From: Marinicella sp. | GTDB lineage: Bacteria > Pseudomonadota > Gammaproteobacteria > Xanthomonadales > Marinicellaceae | Reading direction: 5' to 3' | Assembly (NCBI GenBank): GCA_965230295.1 | Contig: OZ246001.1 | Coordinates: forward strand, 2,080,001 to 2,144,000 | DNA length: 64,000 bases | In this document: positions 38,532-48,969 of the stretch, piece after piece | Layout: each line of letters begins with the position of its first letter | Numbering within the stretch: position 1 is the stretch's first letter | Position numbers and translations under genes: made by a program | Notes under the pieces: generated by a model | What the model saw: only the letters and a program-made list of their open reading frames with translations | Database searches by the model: none | Told to the model about the DNA's origin: nothing

Positions 38532-39077
38532 TTGCGAAAATTAAGCGAATTAGAAGGCGTGTCTTTAGGCATCATTCATCATTTTCAGCCATGTACAGCC
38601 TATTTTGTACGTTGTCAGCTCAGGGATTCGCCTTCTACACTTTGGCAGGCATCTGCAGGATCGGTTTATCCTTTGGTGTCCAGGTTAGAAAATCAAGGGT
38701 TAATAAAGGCCACTGAAGACGGTGATAAACGTGGTAGAAAAAATCTGACACTGACTGAACGGGGTGTGTCTGATTTGCAATCGTGGGTATTAAATGGTTC
38801 TGATCAATCGAAAGTTGCTGCGATCATGGACCCATTGCGTAACCGGATTGCATTCTTATCCGTGTTGGATGATCAAACACAAATGATTTATTTGGATCAG
38901 TTATTGGTTGAGATGAAAGTGTTTTATGAAGTAACCAAAAAAAGGCTTGCTGACAGCCCAAAATCTGATGACCTTTACAAACACATGGTGGCTTTGGGTG
39001 CCATGCAATCCACCCAAAGCCGTTTGAATTGGTTATCTGAGGTTAAGCAATTAATCATTGAAAAGCATGCCAAATAG
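38532..39077 (+). CDS. PadR-family regulator
   Basis: WQASAGSVYP...RLE..GLI, LTERG...LQSW; GGAGG SD before TTG. Confidence 0.88.
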   Translation: MRKLSELEGVSLGIIHHFQPCTAYFVRCQLRDSPSTLWQASAGSVYPLVSRLENQGLIKATEDGDKRGRKNLTLTERGVSDLQSWVLNGSDQSKVAAIMDPLRNRIAFLSVLDDQTQMIYLDQLLVEMKVFYEVTKKRLADSPKSDDLYKHMVALGAMQSTQSRLNWLSEVKQLIIEKHAK

Positions 39078-39199
39078 AGTGCCTGATGAAGATCGGTAGT
39101 ACAACTGCGCAGCGCGTGACAGAAAAGTGATTATTTGAAGAAGAAGCTGTGAGATTGACTGTTCATAATGGAAACACAGTTATTAAACCGGACAGATCA

Positions 39200-39691
39200 A
39201 TGAATAAAATTTTACTTTTTATGTTGCTTTCACACATAACTTTATCAGTGATGGCACAAAACCACTCGCCGATGGAGAAAAAACCACTGATTTCGGTCAA
39301 TGATGCTGGTGTGGCCATCAATGGTTTCGATACAGTGGCTTATTTTGAGCAAAACAAGGCGGTCAGAGGCAGTCAGGAATTTAGCTGTGATTACAAGGAG
39401 GCTACTTGGTACTTTACTTCTGCTGAAAACAGGGACAGGTTTTTACAAAACCCAGAAAAATTTGCACCACAATATGGCGGTTACTGTACGCATGCTTTGG
39501 CAAAAAATCAACTGATCAATGCCCAACCGGATGCTTTTGTGATTAACAACAATCAGCTCTATTTATACAGCAAAAAGACTTTTGCTCAAGAATCCAAGTT
39601 CACTTTTAAACAAGAACAACGGGTTCGTGAACAGAATTGGCTGAGTTTTCATAAAACTTTTTCTTGGCCAAGGTCATCGTTGGCTAAGTAG
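39200..39691 (+). CDS. Exported YHS-domain protein
   Basis: AINGFDTVAYF, W.F.S.ENR..F..NPEKFAPQYGGYC. Confidence 0.85.
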   Translation: MNKILLFMLLSHITLSVMAQNHSPMEKKPLISVNDAGVAINGFDTVAYFEQNKAVRGSQEFSCDYKEATWYFTSAENRDRFLQNPEKFAPQYGGYCTHALAKNQLINAQPDAFVINNNQLYLYSKKTFAQESKFTFKQEQRVREQNWLSFHKTFSWPRSSLAK

Positions 39692-39696
39692 GGCTT

Positions 39697-40182
39697 TTAT
39701 TCTTGTTCATGGCCTTCAGTATTCAATTCAATTTTGCGTTGTAACAGCACCGGGCCTGATTGATCTTCACCCAATTCGTCCTCGGGATTGTACAGGGGGC
39801 AGGCTTTCAGGGATAAACAACCACAACCGATGCAACTGGTGAGGTTATCACGCAATGCGGTCAGTTGCATGATCTTGCGACTCAAATCATCATTCCATTG
39901 TTTTGAAAGGCGCTGCCAATCACTTTTGTTGGGCGCTCGGTTTTTCGGCAGAAATGACATGGCATGATTGATGTTCTTCAGGCTGATGCCTACCTTTTGT
40001 GCAGCCTTGATTACACTGATGCGACGTAGCACGTCTTTGTTGAAACGGCGTTGGTTGCCGGCATTTCTGACCGAGTGAATCAACCCCTTTTCCTGATAAA
40101 AATGCAACGTGGACACCGACACACCACTGCGTTTGGCCACGTCACCAACCGACAAGTTGGCTGGTTTGATTTTTTTTGCCAT
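39697..40182 (-). CDS. soxR: Redox-sensing activator SoxR
   Basis: LSVG.VAKRSG, RNAGNQRR, CIGCGCLSLKACPL. Confidence 0.96.
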   Translation of the reverse strand: MAKKIKPANLSVGDVAKRSGVSVSTLHFYQEKGLIHSVRNAGNQRRFNKDVLRRISVIKAAQKVGISLKNINHAMSFLPKNRAPNKSDWQRLSKQWNDDLSRKIMQLTALRDNLTSCIGCGCLSLKACPLYNPEDELGEDQSGPVLLQRKIELNTEGHEQE

Positions 40183-40187
40183 TGTTC

Positions 40188-40218
40188 TTGACCTCAAGTT
40201 AACTTGAGGTTTTATTAT
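40188..40218 (+). promoter_or_regulatory. SoxR-activated promoter with perfect SoxR box
   Basis: TTGACC-19-TATTAT containing ACCTCAAGTTAACTTGAGGT (40191-40210). Confidence 0.92.
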
Positions 40219-40260
40219 GGGCACTTAATCTTGAATGAGCAAGTGCTCAGGAGTATTTTT

Positions 40261-40674
40261 ATGATCCGATTAGAACATGTCAACCTGGTAGGAAAAGACC
40301 TCGAGCGCAGCCTCAGTTTTTACCGGGCTGCTTTTCCCCATTGGCGCATCCGTGCGGAAGGCGGTGGCGAATGGTATGGGAAACCCAGGCGTTGGTTACA
40401 CTTTGGTGATGACTACCAATACCTGGCGTTGAGTGACTTTGGTGAAGGTAACAACCGCGATTTGGCTGGGCACAGTGTAGGGCTGGCCCATTTTGCATTT
40501 GCAGTGGACAATCTGGATGCGCTGATCAAACGGTTGAATGAGGCGGGTTATCCCGTTTTCAAAGCCGGCGCCGATTCGCCTTATCGCAAAAACATCTACT
40601 TTCTGGATCCAGACGGATTTGAAGTGGAGTTCACTGAATACCTCACCGATGTCCCCAAAGAACGCAATGCTTAG
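40261..40674 (+). CDS. VOC family protein
   Basis: LEHVNL, WLHFG, GLAHFAF.V, YF.DPDGFEVE. Confidence 0.9.
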   Translation: MIRLEHVNLVGKDLERSLSFYRAAFPHWRIRAEGGGEWYGKPRRWLHFGDDYQYLALSDFGEGNNRDLAGHSVGLAHFAFAVDNLDALIKRLNEAGYPVFKAGADSPYRKNIYFLDPDGFEVEFTEYLTDVPKERNA

Positions 40675-40683
40675 GAGCCAGTT

Positions 40684-41109
40684 ATGAACCTCAATCAAAT
40701 CACCATACAGTCCAACAACGTGAATCGTGCCTTACAGTTTTATCTGAAGTTGGGTCTGCAATTGATCGTAGATTCCAGCCCGCGTTATGTGCGCCTGGCC
40801 TGTCCAAAAGGTGACAGCACCTTTTCCATCAATCACAGTGAAAACCGAGTCAATGACAGCACAACTTTGTATTTCGAAGTGACAGATGTGGATCGGATCA
40901 GTGAGCAACTGCAGCAACAGGGCATCGTGTTCAAGACATCGCCGAAAGACCAACGCTGGTTGTGGCGTGAAGCCGATCTGGTCGACCCCGACGGTCACCA
41001 CCTCAAACTTTACCATGCTGGCGAAAACCGCAAAAACCCGCCCTGGCGGGTCAGAAAAAAACACTGGTTCGAACACATCAGCGACAGTCCTTATAACTTG
41101 ATGAAGTGA
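40684..41109 (+). CDS. VOC family protein
   Basis: LNQIT, LYFEV.DVD, P.DQRWLWREA.L.DPDG. Confidence 0.9.
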   Translation: MNLNQITIQSNNVNRALQFYLKLGLQLIVDSSPRYVRLACPKGDSTFSINHSENRVNDSTTLYFEVTDVDRISEQLQQQGIVFKTSPKDQRWLWREADLVDPDGHHLKLYHAGENRKNPPWRVRKKHWFEHISDSPYNLMK

Positions 41110-41131
41110 TGGTTTAATTATCGTCTATTTT

Positions 41132-41316
41132 GGAGATTGCATCGTTGCTACGCGCCACGCAATGACCAGTTTGATGGGTCGTAGGCTTCAGACCACATTT
41201 AAGCTTCGGACCCACCAGTTCACTTCGACTCCGCTCAGTGAACGGATTGATTCGTTGGCTGAGCGGAGTCGAAGCCCTGTATAAAATACTCATTAAGAGC
41301 GCGGACTTCAGTCCAC
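41132..41316. repeat. Mosaic REP cluster (three families)
   Basis: GAGATTGC...GCAATGAC at 41132-41166; CTTCGACTCCGCTCAG pair at 41218-41276; GAGCGCGGACTTCAGTCCAC at 41297-41316. Confidence 0.85.
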
Positions 41317-41401
41317 ATTTCTGAAACATTTCCTTATTCTTTTGTGATGTAAAAAACATGGATCCCTTATAATAAGCCCCATCTGAAATCCACACAAAAT
41401 C

Positions 41402-42445
41402 ATGGCTGAAGAATCGATCACCATAACCCAACCTGATGACTGGCATGTGCACTTGCGCGATGATGCCATGTTGCAACAGGTGGCCCATTACACTGCGCGA
41501 CAATTCGGTCGGGCCATCATCATGCCAAATTTAACACCGCCAGTGACTACGGCTGCGATGGCAGCGGCTTACCGTGATCGAATCAAAGCAGCGACCCAAG
41601 AATATCCAGGTTTTAAGCCATTGATGACGGCTTATTTAACCGACGACATGGATCCGGCAGAAATTGTCAATGGCCATGCGGATGGGGTGTTCACAGCGGC
41701 CAAATTATACCCGGCCAATGCCACCACCAATTCAGCAGCAGGTGTCACCGATGTGACCAAGATCTATCCAGTGCTAGAAGCCATGCAACACCATGGCATC
41801 CCATTGTTGGTACACGGTGAGGTGGTCAGTGATGACATCGATGTGTTTGATCGCGAAGCTGCGTTCATTGATCAAATCATGCAGCCCTTGCTCCAAGCCA
41901 TGCCTGAGTTGAAAGTGGTGTTTGAACACATCACCACCAAGGATGCTGCTGATTTTGTGGCCGCTGGTCAAGACAATCTGGCTGCCACCATCACAGTGCA
42001 TCATTTACAGATCAACCGCAATGACATGCTGGTTGGCGGGATCAAACCGCACTTGTATTGTTTGCCGATTGCCAAACGCGAATTACACCGACAGGCGTTA
42101 AGAAAAGCAGCGACATCTGGTTCCGCTCGATTCTTCTTGGGCACCGACACCGCACCACATGCCATTGGCGATAAAGAAAGCGCTTGTGGATGTGCCGGAA
42201 TCTTCAGTGCACCGCATGCTTTGGAAAATTATGTGCAGGTGTTCGAAGAAGAAGGTGCTTTAGACCAATTTGAAGCCTTTGCGTCACTCAATGGGCCAGC
42301 CTTTTATGGTCTACCGGTTAACAACAAAACCATCACTTTAGAAAAACTCAGTCAACCAGTACCAGCTTCAATTGGTCACGGTGCTTTGTCTATATCACCC
42401 TATCGAGCAAGCGAAACCATTGCTTGGCGACTGAAGGATGAATGA
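41402..42445 (+). CDS. pyrC: Dihydroorotase (class II)
   Basis: [39 protein letters not shown]. Confidence 0.97.
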   Translation: MAEESITITQPDDWHVHLRDDAMLQQVAHYTARQFGRAIIMPNLTPPVTTAAMAAAYRDRIKAATQEYPGFKPLMTAYLTDDMDPAEIVNGHADGVFTAAKLYPANATTNSAAGVTDVTKIYPVLEAMQHHGIPLLVHGEVVSDDIDVFDREAAFIDQIMQPLLQAMPELKVVFEHITTKDAADFVAAGQDNLAATITVHHLQINRNDMLVGGIKPHLYCLPIAKRELHRQALRKAATSGSARFFLGTDTAPHAIGDKESACGCAGIFSAPHALENYVQVFEEEGALDQFEAFASLNGPAFYGLPVNNKTITLEKLSQPVPASIGHGALSISPYRASETIAWRLKDE

Positions 42446-42464
42446 AGACCCAAGAACATTCCTC
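42440..42464 (-). repeat. 25-bp element-end motif overlapping the pyrC stop
   Basis: 23/25 match to 33813-33837 on the minus strand. Confidence 0.75.
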
Positions 42465-42477
42465 TAATTGGACTGTT

Positions 42478-43122
42478 TCAGCTGGTTTGAAGCTGTAGGT
42501 GGTAGTCAAAAAATTTTCGGCGATTTGGACCATATTCATTGGAGCTGATTTTGTTCGGGTGTTTGATGTCTTTCCAGGCGGTGACCATGCGCCCGGTATT
42601 TACATGAGGGAAATCCAAGCCATCCTTGCCATCCATTCCTAAAAACCGCAGCAATGCGGTTAAAGCACCCGCTTGGCTGACATCGATGCCAAGAACATCA
42701 TCTCGGCCTGCGAAATAAGAATGGATGTTGTGTTGGTGTTGTTTGAAGCATTCAGTGAGGTGGTCTTCAGATGTTGTCTCATTGACTGATTCCAGTTGAA
42801 ACGTTTCATTAAAACAACGTTTGATGATGGGATTGAAATGGCTGTCTGGTTGCAAATATTGACTGATTTTGGACAACAGCATTTGCATGGATGGTACCCA
42901 GTCTGCCAATGCTCGATTTAAGTAAATAAATTTTGAGCCAGGGAACAGGGAATCCAGATGTGGGTAGTCACAGTAACAAGGCGTGTCAGCCACCACATCC
43001 GCCAGGGTAAAGGTTTGTTGGGTATAGGCGGTGTGGGCCACTTTTAACCCTTGATCCAATAATGCGACACAGACACTGGTGGTGCCGGTTCGGGGTAAGC
43101 CAATGATGAACACTTTATTCAT
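42478..43122 (-). CDS. Sulfotransferase family protein
   Basis: IGLPRTGTTS (PAPS loop), D.P, SKFI...R...W..S, FPHVN. Confidence 0.85.
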   Translation of the reverse strand: MNKVFIIGLPRTGTTSVCVALLDQGLKVAHTAYTQQTFTLADVVADTPCYCDYPHLDSLFPGSKFIYLNRALADWVPSMQMLLSKISQYLQPDSHFNPIIKRCFNETFQLESVNETTSEDHLTECFKQHQHNIHSYFAGRDDVLGIDVSQAGALTALLRFLGMDGKDGLDFPHVNTGRMVTAWKDIKHPNKISSNEYGPNRRKFFDYHLQLQTS

Positions 43123-43300
43123 GGTGTACCAGTATGTCTTGATTCGTATCTGGCGTCAATACACCTTAACTGCCGCCATTAAATCTCAAGAGCTGGTACC
43201 TTTTGGCTTGGGTTTCCGCTAAACTTACTGGCGTAAATACAGACTGGTATGAATGGATGTCCCATCACTGCTGGCTTAACAACAATCATTAAATCCTGTT

Positions 43301-45181
43301 ATGAATCAAATCGATAAAGTGTACCGCCCAGAAATCGATGGCTTACGTGCCGTCTCAGTATTGGCCATTTTACTGTTCCATGGTGGTTTTGAATGGGCCG
43401 GTGGTGGATTTGTTGGGGTGGATGTGTTTTTTGTGATTTCAGGTTATTTGATCACCCGCAACATCCGCCATGACTTGGCCTTACAAAGGTTCAGCATGGC
43501 TGAGTTTTATGTGCGTCGAATTAAACGCCTGTTTCCTGCTTTGCTGTTTACTTTGGCGCTGGTGTTGCTGGCTGGTTTGTGGATGTTTGCACCGGCTGAT
43601 TTGGAACGTCTGGGTCGGTCACTGCAGTACGCCATAGTGTCCTTGTCGAATTTTTTCTTTTGGTCTGAAGCCGGATACTTCAATGATGCATCAGAACTGA
43701 AACCATTGTTGCACACCTGGTCGTTGGCTGTAGAAGAACAGTACTACTTACTGTGGCCGGCTTTGTTGGTGGGTGTGTCGTTGATCAAAAAACGCAGTGC
43801 CTTGGTGGTGTTCCTGTTGCTGTTGATGGCACTGTCTTTGTTATTGAATTTTCTATTCCTGAAAAGTCATCCGTCAGCGGCGTTTTTCTTGTTGCCATTT
43901 CGGGTGTTTGAATTTGCGTTGGGTGCTTTGTGTGTCTCGTTGTATCCCCTCAAATTGCCACACAAATGGATGTCTGAAGCATTCACTGTACTGGGTCTGG
44001 CCATGATCATCGCAGCGGTTGCGTTGTATAACCAAAAAACCGATTTTCCAGGATTCGCTGCTTTGTTGCCCTGTGTGGGTGCTGCGTTGATCATTGTGGC
44101 CAAGCAATCTCGTTTAGGACATTATGGGTTAAGCAATGGTTTGATGCTCAAAATTGGTTTGGCTTCCTATTCCATCTATTTGATACATTGGCCCTTGCTG
44201 GTGTTCTATAAGTATTGGAAGTTCACACCTGTTACTTTGACCGAAACCATCAGTCTATTGGTTGCCTCGATTGTGATCGGCCTGATGATGTGGCGATGGA
44301 TTGAGCAACCCTTTAGAACTTATCAAGAGGGGATGAACAAAAAGCTCTTTTTCATTAAATTCTTTGCGGTGGTTTCAGTGTTCTTTGCGATGGCCTTTTT
44401 GACGCATAAAAATGAGGGATGGCCACAACGCTTCCCTGCAGAATATTTCATGTCGAAAGCAGAGATCAAAGAAAATCGCGATCGCTATTGGTCTTATTTT
44501 GCTGAAGAAAATAAACCTGAAAATCATGTGCAAGGTCGTAAACATGTGGTGGTGATGGGTAACTCGCACGCAGTAGATTTGGTTTATGCCTTGCGTGAAA
44601 ATGACGCTCAATTGAACATAACTTTTTTCAATTCCTGGCACCAATGTTACCACTTTGGCACCCCCTTGGCTCCCGAGGTCAAAGAAACCTGTGACAACCG
44701 CTTGACCAGACATTTAAACAGTCCGGTATGGAAAACGACAGATGCGGTGTATTTGCATGATCATTGGCCAAAGTTGGACTTAAAGGACCTCAAGAGGAGG
44801 TTGGATGAAATCCGTGCCATTACAGCCGCACCCATTTATGTGTTTGGACCCAAAATGTCTTACTACAAAAGGGTGCCTGACATCATTCTGTCACACATGC
44901 GAATGTCTTCTATGAATGAATATGCGATGCAATTTACTCACAAACCCTACCTCAGTAACCTCAACCACATGGTGGCTAAGATGATTAAAAAACTGGAGGT
45001 GGAAGGTATGAATTACGTTGACCTATTGAAAGTTCAATGTGGTGAGGAAATTGATGTTTGTGATGTGGTTTCTCCGGTTGATGGGAACTTCTTGTATTTC
45101 GACTTCAGTCACTTTACTTTACAGGGAGCCAGGGAATTTGGAGCTAAATTGAAAGAATCACACCCTGAAATTTTTCAGTGA
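43301..45181 (+). CDS. Acyltransferase-3 + SGNH O-acetyltransferase (OafA-like)
   Basis: IDGLRA, GVDVFFVISGY, LLHTWSLAVEEQ, SYS.YL.HWP, GNSHA, DFSH. Confidence 0.92.
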   Translation: MNQIDKVYRPEIDGLRAVSVLAILLFHGGFEWAGGGFVGVDVFFVISGYLITRNIRHDLALQRFSMAEFYVRRIKRLFPALLFTLALVLLAGLWMFAPADLERLGRSLQYAIVSLSNFFFWSEAGYFNDASELKPLLHTWSLAVEEQYYLLWPALLVGVSLIKKRSALVVFLLLLMALSLLLNFLFLKSHPSAAFFLLPFRVFEFALGALCVSLYPLKLPHKWMSEAFTVLGLAMIIAAVALYNQKTDFPGFAALLPCVGAALIIVAKQSRLGHYGLSNGLMLKIGLASYSIYLIHWPLLVFYKYWKFTPVTLTETISLLVASIVIGLMMWRWIEQPFRTYQEGMNKKLFFIKFFAVVSVFFAMAFLTHKNEGWPQRFPAEYFMSKAEIKENRDRYWSYFAEENKPENHVQGRKHVVVMGNSHAVDLVYALRENDAQLNITFFNSWHQCYHFGTPLAPEVKETCDNRLTRHLNSPVWKTTDAVYLHDHWPKLDLKDLKRRLDEIRAITAAPIYVFGPKMSYYKRVPDIILSHMRMSSMNEYAMQFTHKPYLSNLNHMVAKMIKKLEVEGMNYVDLLKVQCGEEIDVCDVVSPVDGNFLYFDFSHFTLQGAREFGAKLKESHPEIFQ

Positions 45182-45274
45182 ACCGAGCCTTATTCCACGA
45201 AAACAACGGTATTTAACAGAAATTACACCTCATCTTTGGTATAAACAGTGTATTCAACTTGAGTTGTTGTCATC

Positions 45275-45697
45275 ATGAAAAAAACACTGCTGATCATTCT
45301 GATATTGTCATTATCTGCTTGTAAAACCAATGAACGCAAAAGGGTTGACTATGCAGCTTTCATTGAAGCACAAGAATTGGTGGCCAAAAATCGCGTCACA
45401 CAATTTCGTTTTCAGGGATGGCAACCCCTGGATGAACGTCATTTGGTTCTCAGGGGCAACCAACGTAAAAGTTATTTGATTAAATTGAACACCTTTTGTA
45501 CCGATCTTCCCTATGCCCAATCCATCCAACTGGACCAAAGCACCAGTTTGTCTTTGGTGGCTAAGTTTGATGCAATCAAGGTACCAGGGCAATTCTCACA
45601 AAGATGCGCCATTGATGCCATCTATGTAATGGATAAAGTACAGAAACAAGCCCTCATGGACTTGAAGAGACCAAACGCTGAGAAAATGATTGAGTGA
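45275..45697 (+). CDS. DUF6491-like lipoprotein
   Basis: Lipobox LSAC; GWQ.LD...L......YL..L...C..L, C.I..I. Confidence 0.75.
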   Translation: MKKTLLIILILSLSACKTNERKRVDYAAFIEAQELVAKNRVTQFRFQGWQPLDERHLVLRGNQRKSYLIKLNTFCTDLPYAQSIQLDQSTSLSLVAKFDAIKVPGQFSQRCAIDAIYVMDKVQKQALMDLKRPNAEKMIE

Positions 45698-45848
45698 TCG
45701 TACCTAGAAAGATAACCGCTTGTTAAGTCATCCCAGGCTGTATTAGAATAATGTATAAAAGCGTACCTCAAAAGACCAATGGTTTGCGGGTTTGATTATT
45801 CATGATTTCTTCCGCAACGTTGTTAGTTAACTTGCCTAGGAATTGATT

Positions 45849-48104
45849 ATGAAACCTGTTACTGCTCTATCCGAAATTAAAAGCTTGAGCTGTTATGCCA
45901 TCAATGTGTTGTTTGCATTGTCTTTGGTATTCAGTGTCCAAGTATCTGCCCAATCCAATGATGAAGACGAGTCTTTGGTGCTTGAAGAAGTGATTGTTAC
46001 CGCACAAAAACGACCTGAGGATGCACAAAAAGTATCCAAATCAGTATCTATCATGTCCGGTGAAAAATTAGATACGCTGACTTCTGGCGGGATGGACATC
46101 CGGTTTTTGAATGCCCGTTTACCCAGCTTACAAATTGAATCATCTTTTGGGCGTGCTTTTCCAAGGTTTTATATCAGGGGATATGGCAACACCGATTTTG
46201 ATGTGAATGCCTCACAGCCTGTTTCTTTGGTTTACGACGAAGTGGTTCAGGAAAATGCGGTGTTAAAGGGTTTTCCAGCTTTTGATTTAGAGCGAATAGA
46301 GATGTTGCGTGGGCCTCAAGGCACTTTGTTTGGAAGAAACACGCCTGCCGGTATTGTGAAGTTTGATTCTGTTAAACCATCGCAAGATCAGGAGGGTTAT
46401 GCACAAGTTGGGTATGGTACATTCAATCGCATTTCCTTTGAAGGCGCCATGGGTGGGGCCATCACCGATGCTGCCTCGGGACGATTTTCATTGCAGTACC
46501 AACGTCGTGACGATTGGGTTGATAACGGTGGTTTTGTTGATCAACGCAATGTTTTGGAAGGTTATGATGAGTTGGCTTGGCGTGGTCAGTTACGCCATGA
46601 AAGTGATGATTTGGACATCTTGTTTAATTTACACGGTAGAGACAATGAGGGTTCTGCCCGTTTATTCAGGGCCAACATCATTGAACCGGGTACCAATAAT
46701 TTAGTCCAAGGGTTTGACATCGATGACGTGTTCACCGATGGCCTCAACGAACAAGAGCTGGAACAAATTGGCTTTAACTTGCGCATCACCTATGACAGGG
46801 GTGATTACACCTTCACTTCTGTGACCGGCTATGAAGATGTGGAAGTGTTTTCCAGGGGTGACATTGATGGTGGGTTTGGTGCCAGTTTTATTGGTGTATT
46901 TGGACCAGGGTTCATTCCGTTCCCATCTGAGTCTGCTGTCAGTGTGCCAGACCATCAACAAATCACCCAAGAATTCCGGATTGCTTCGAATGACATTGGT
47001 GCTTTTGATTGGCAAGGTGGCTTGTTCTACTTCAGTGAAGACATCACCATAGATAATTTCGGTTATGATTCTCTGGCGTCAGGTAACCCCAGGAACATTG
47101 TTGCACAACAAAAGCAAGACACAACGGCATGGGGTGTATTCATTTCTGGTGACTATGATGTCAACGATCAATTCAGACTGCAAGCAGGACTGCGGTATTC
47201 TAATGATGAAAAAGATTTCGTTGCCTCACGTTTTGAGTCACCATTTGCAGACCCCATTGGGCCATTGGTAGAAAACCCGGAAGATGATGAGATCTCATGG
47301 GATTTGAGCGCCACTTATGAATTCAGTGATGATGTGAATGTCTATACCAGAGTGTCAAAAGGTTTCCGAGCACCCAGTGTTCAGGGTCGCATCTCGTTTG
47401 GTGACACCACCTCTGTGGCAGATTCAGAAACCATATTGTCATGGGAAGCCGGTGTTAAATCCACATTGTTGGATCGTCGATTGCGTTTAAATGCTTCGGT
47501 ATATAGTTATACCGTTGATGATTTGCAATTAACGGCCGTGGGTGGAGTCAGTAATGTAACGGAATTGTTGAATGCCGATAAAGCCAAAGGCAACGGTTTG
47601 GAATTAGAGATTGAGGCCTTATTGTCTGAAAATTTATTACTGACGGCTGGTTACTCCTACAATGACACTGAAATTGATGACCCCAATCTTTACGTCGCTG
47701 GGTGTGGTTCAGGTTGTACCGTTTTGGATCCTGAGAATCCAAATAATCCTGGCCAGTTCTTGATTGATGGCAACAGCTTGCCACAAGCACCAGAGAACGT
47801 GTTCAACATGACTTTGCAATATGCCAGAGACATTGGACCCGGTGAGTTTTTCGTTTTTGCTGATTATGCTTACCGTGATGAAGTCTCGTTCTTTTTGTAT
47901 GAATCCATTGAATACACGGGCAAGAGTCTTGCAGAGTTGGGTTTGAGAACTGGCTATCGCTGGGGACAGTGGCAAGAATTGGCCTTGTTTGTGCGCAACA
48001 TGACAGATGAACAGGTCATAGTCGGAGGGATTGACTTCAATAATTTGACTGGATTTGTGAATGAGCCAAGAACGTTTGGTGTTGAATATAAATATCAATT
48101 TTAA
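45849..48104 (+). CDS. TonB-dependent receptor
   Basis: EEVIVTAQKR, IRG.G, ERIEMLRGPQGTLFGRN, terminal PRTFGVEYKYQF. Confidence 0.95.
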   Translation: MKPVTALSEIKSLSCYAINVLFALSLVFSVQVSAQSNDEDESLVLEEVIVTAQKRPEDAQKVSKSVSIMSGEKLDTLTSGGMDIRFLNARLPSLQIESSFGRAFPRFYIRGYGNTDFDVNASQPVSLVYDEVVQENAVLKGFPAFDLERIEMLRGPQGTLFGRNTPAGIVKFDSVKPSQDQEGYAQVGYGTFNRISFEGAMGGAITDAASGRFSLQYQRRDDWVDNGGFVDQRNVLEGYDELAWRGQLRHESDDLDILFNLHGRDNEGSARLFRANIIEPGTNNLVQGFDIDDVFTDGLNEQELEQIGFNLRITYDRGDYTFTSVTGYEDVEVFSRGDIDGGFGASFIGVFGPGFIPFPSESAVSVPDHQQITQEFRIASNDIGAFDWQGGLFYFSEDITIDNFGYDSLASGNPRNIVAQQKQDTTAWGVFISGDYDVNDQFRLQAGLRYSNDEKDFVASRFESPFADPIGPLVENPEDDEISWDLSATYEFSDDVNVYTRVSKGFRAPSVQGRISFGDTTSVADSETILSWEAGVKSTLLDRRLRLNASVYSYTVDDLQLTAVGGVSNVTELLNADKAKGNGLELEIEALLSENLLLTAGYSYNDTEIDDPNLYVAGCGSGCTVLDPENPNNPGQFLIDGNSLPQAPENVFNMTLQYARDIGPGEFFVFADYAYRDEVSFFLYESIEYTGKSLAELGLRTGYRWGQWQELALFVRNMTDEQVIVGGIDFNNLTGFVNEPRTFGVEYKYQF

Positions 48105-48145
48105 TGTTATGCTTTTACCATACAAAAAATGACTGAAGGAAGCCT

Positions 48146-48709
48146 ATGATTTTGATGGTGGGTGGCTTGTTGTTGTGGACCTTGATTCATTGGACACCTT
48201 CACTGTTTCCAGGTTTGAAGCGCGGTTGGCGCAGTCAATTAGGTGCTGGTGGCTATCAAGGCAGCTTTGCCTTGTTGGTGTTAGCCGGATTGGTGCTGAT
48301 TGTGGTTGGGTGGAGGCAAACCCCTGCCACCCATGTGTATGCGCCACTTTCAATGTTGAAGCACCCAGCCATGGCCCTGGTGGTGGTCGGCTTCGTTCTG
48401 ATGGGAGCAGCCAATTACGGTTCTCGCATTAAACGCTTCATCAGACACCCACAATTGACCGGTTTTTCTCTCTGGGCGGTGGCCCATTTGTTGCTCAATG
48501 GAGACAGTAAATCCGTACTGGTGTTTAGCTGGTTATTGGTATGGGCCATCAGTGAAATCATTCTGATCAACCGCAGAGATCCTGAATTCACGCCACCTGA
48601 GATCGTCAGTTGGTCCAAAGAAGCGGGGGGGCTGGTGATCAGTTTAGCAGTGGTGGCGTTGTTTGTTTGGTTACATCCTTATATTTCTGGTCGCTATCTG
48701 ATTTATTGA
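48146..48709 (+). CDS. NnrU-family membrane protein
   Basis: RHPQL.G..LWA.AHLL.NGD, LHP. Confidence 0.85.
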   Translation: MILMVGGLLLWTLIHWTPSLFPGLKRGWRSQLGAGGYQGSFALLVLAGLVLIVVGWRQTPATHVYAPLSMLKHPAMALVVVGFVLMGAANYGSRIKRFIRHPQLTGFSLWAVAHLLLNGDSKSVLVFSWLLVWAISEIILINRRDPEFTPPEIVSWSKEAGGLVISLAVVALFVWLHPYISGRYLIY

Positions 48710-48753
48710 AGTGAATCAGATTTTTCATCTGAATGCAGATTTGAAATGAATAT

Positions 48754-48847
48754 GGGTCGACTGAAGTCGACTACCCTTTAAGCATTTATCCATCGAATTG
48801 ATGGCATGTCTTCATTGGATTGGGTGGTTGATTGACTTCAGTCAACG
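48754..48847. repeat. GTAG-type REP pair (CTTCAG core)
   Basis: GTCGACTGAAGTCGACTACCC and TTGACTTCAGTCAA. Confidence 0.75.
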
Positions 48848-48969
48848 CCAGGTTGGCTGTGAACAACGCGCCGTTGTGAAGATTGATATTGGCTTTATTT
48901 GTGCTAAGTGGTTAACTTTATCTTTATTAGATTTGTGTTAGCATGCCAATTTTACCTGCTGTATCGATC

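Noticed and set aside
39200-39691. Selenoprotein possibility for the YHS protein
   Set aside because: The motif position encodes Cys (GGYC) and there is no in-frame TGA.
43148-43240. Direct repeat CTGGCGT(C/A)AATAC in a divergent intergenic region
   Set aside because: Only two 13-bp copies and no other support; possible operator but not callable.
45700-45848. Fur box or riboswitch upstream of the TonB receptor
   Set aside because: No GATAATGAT-like 19-mer or cobalamin/TPP consensus was recognisable.
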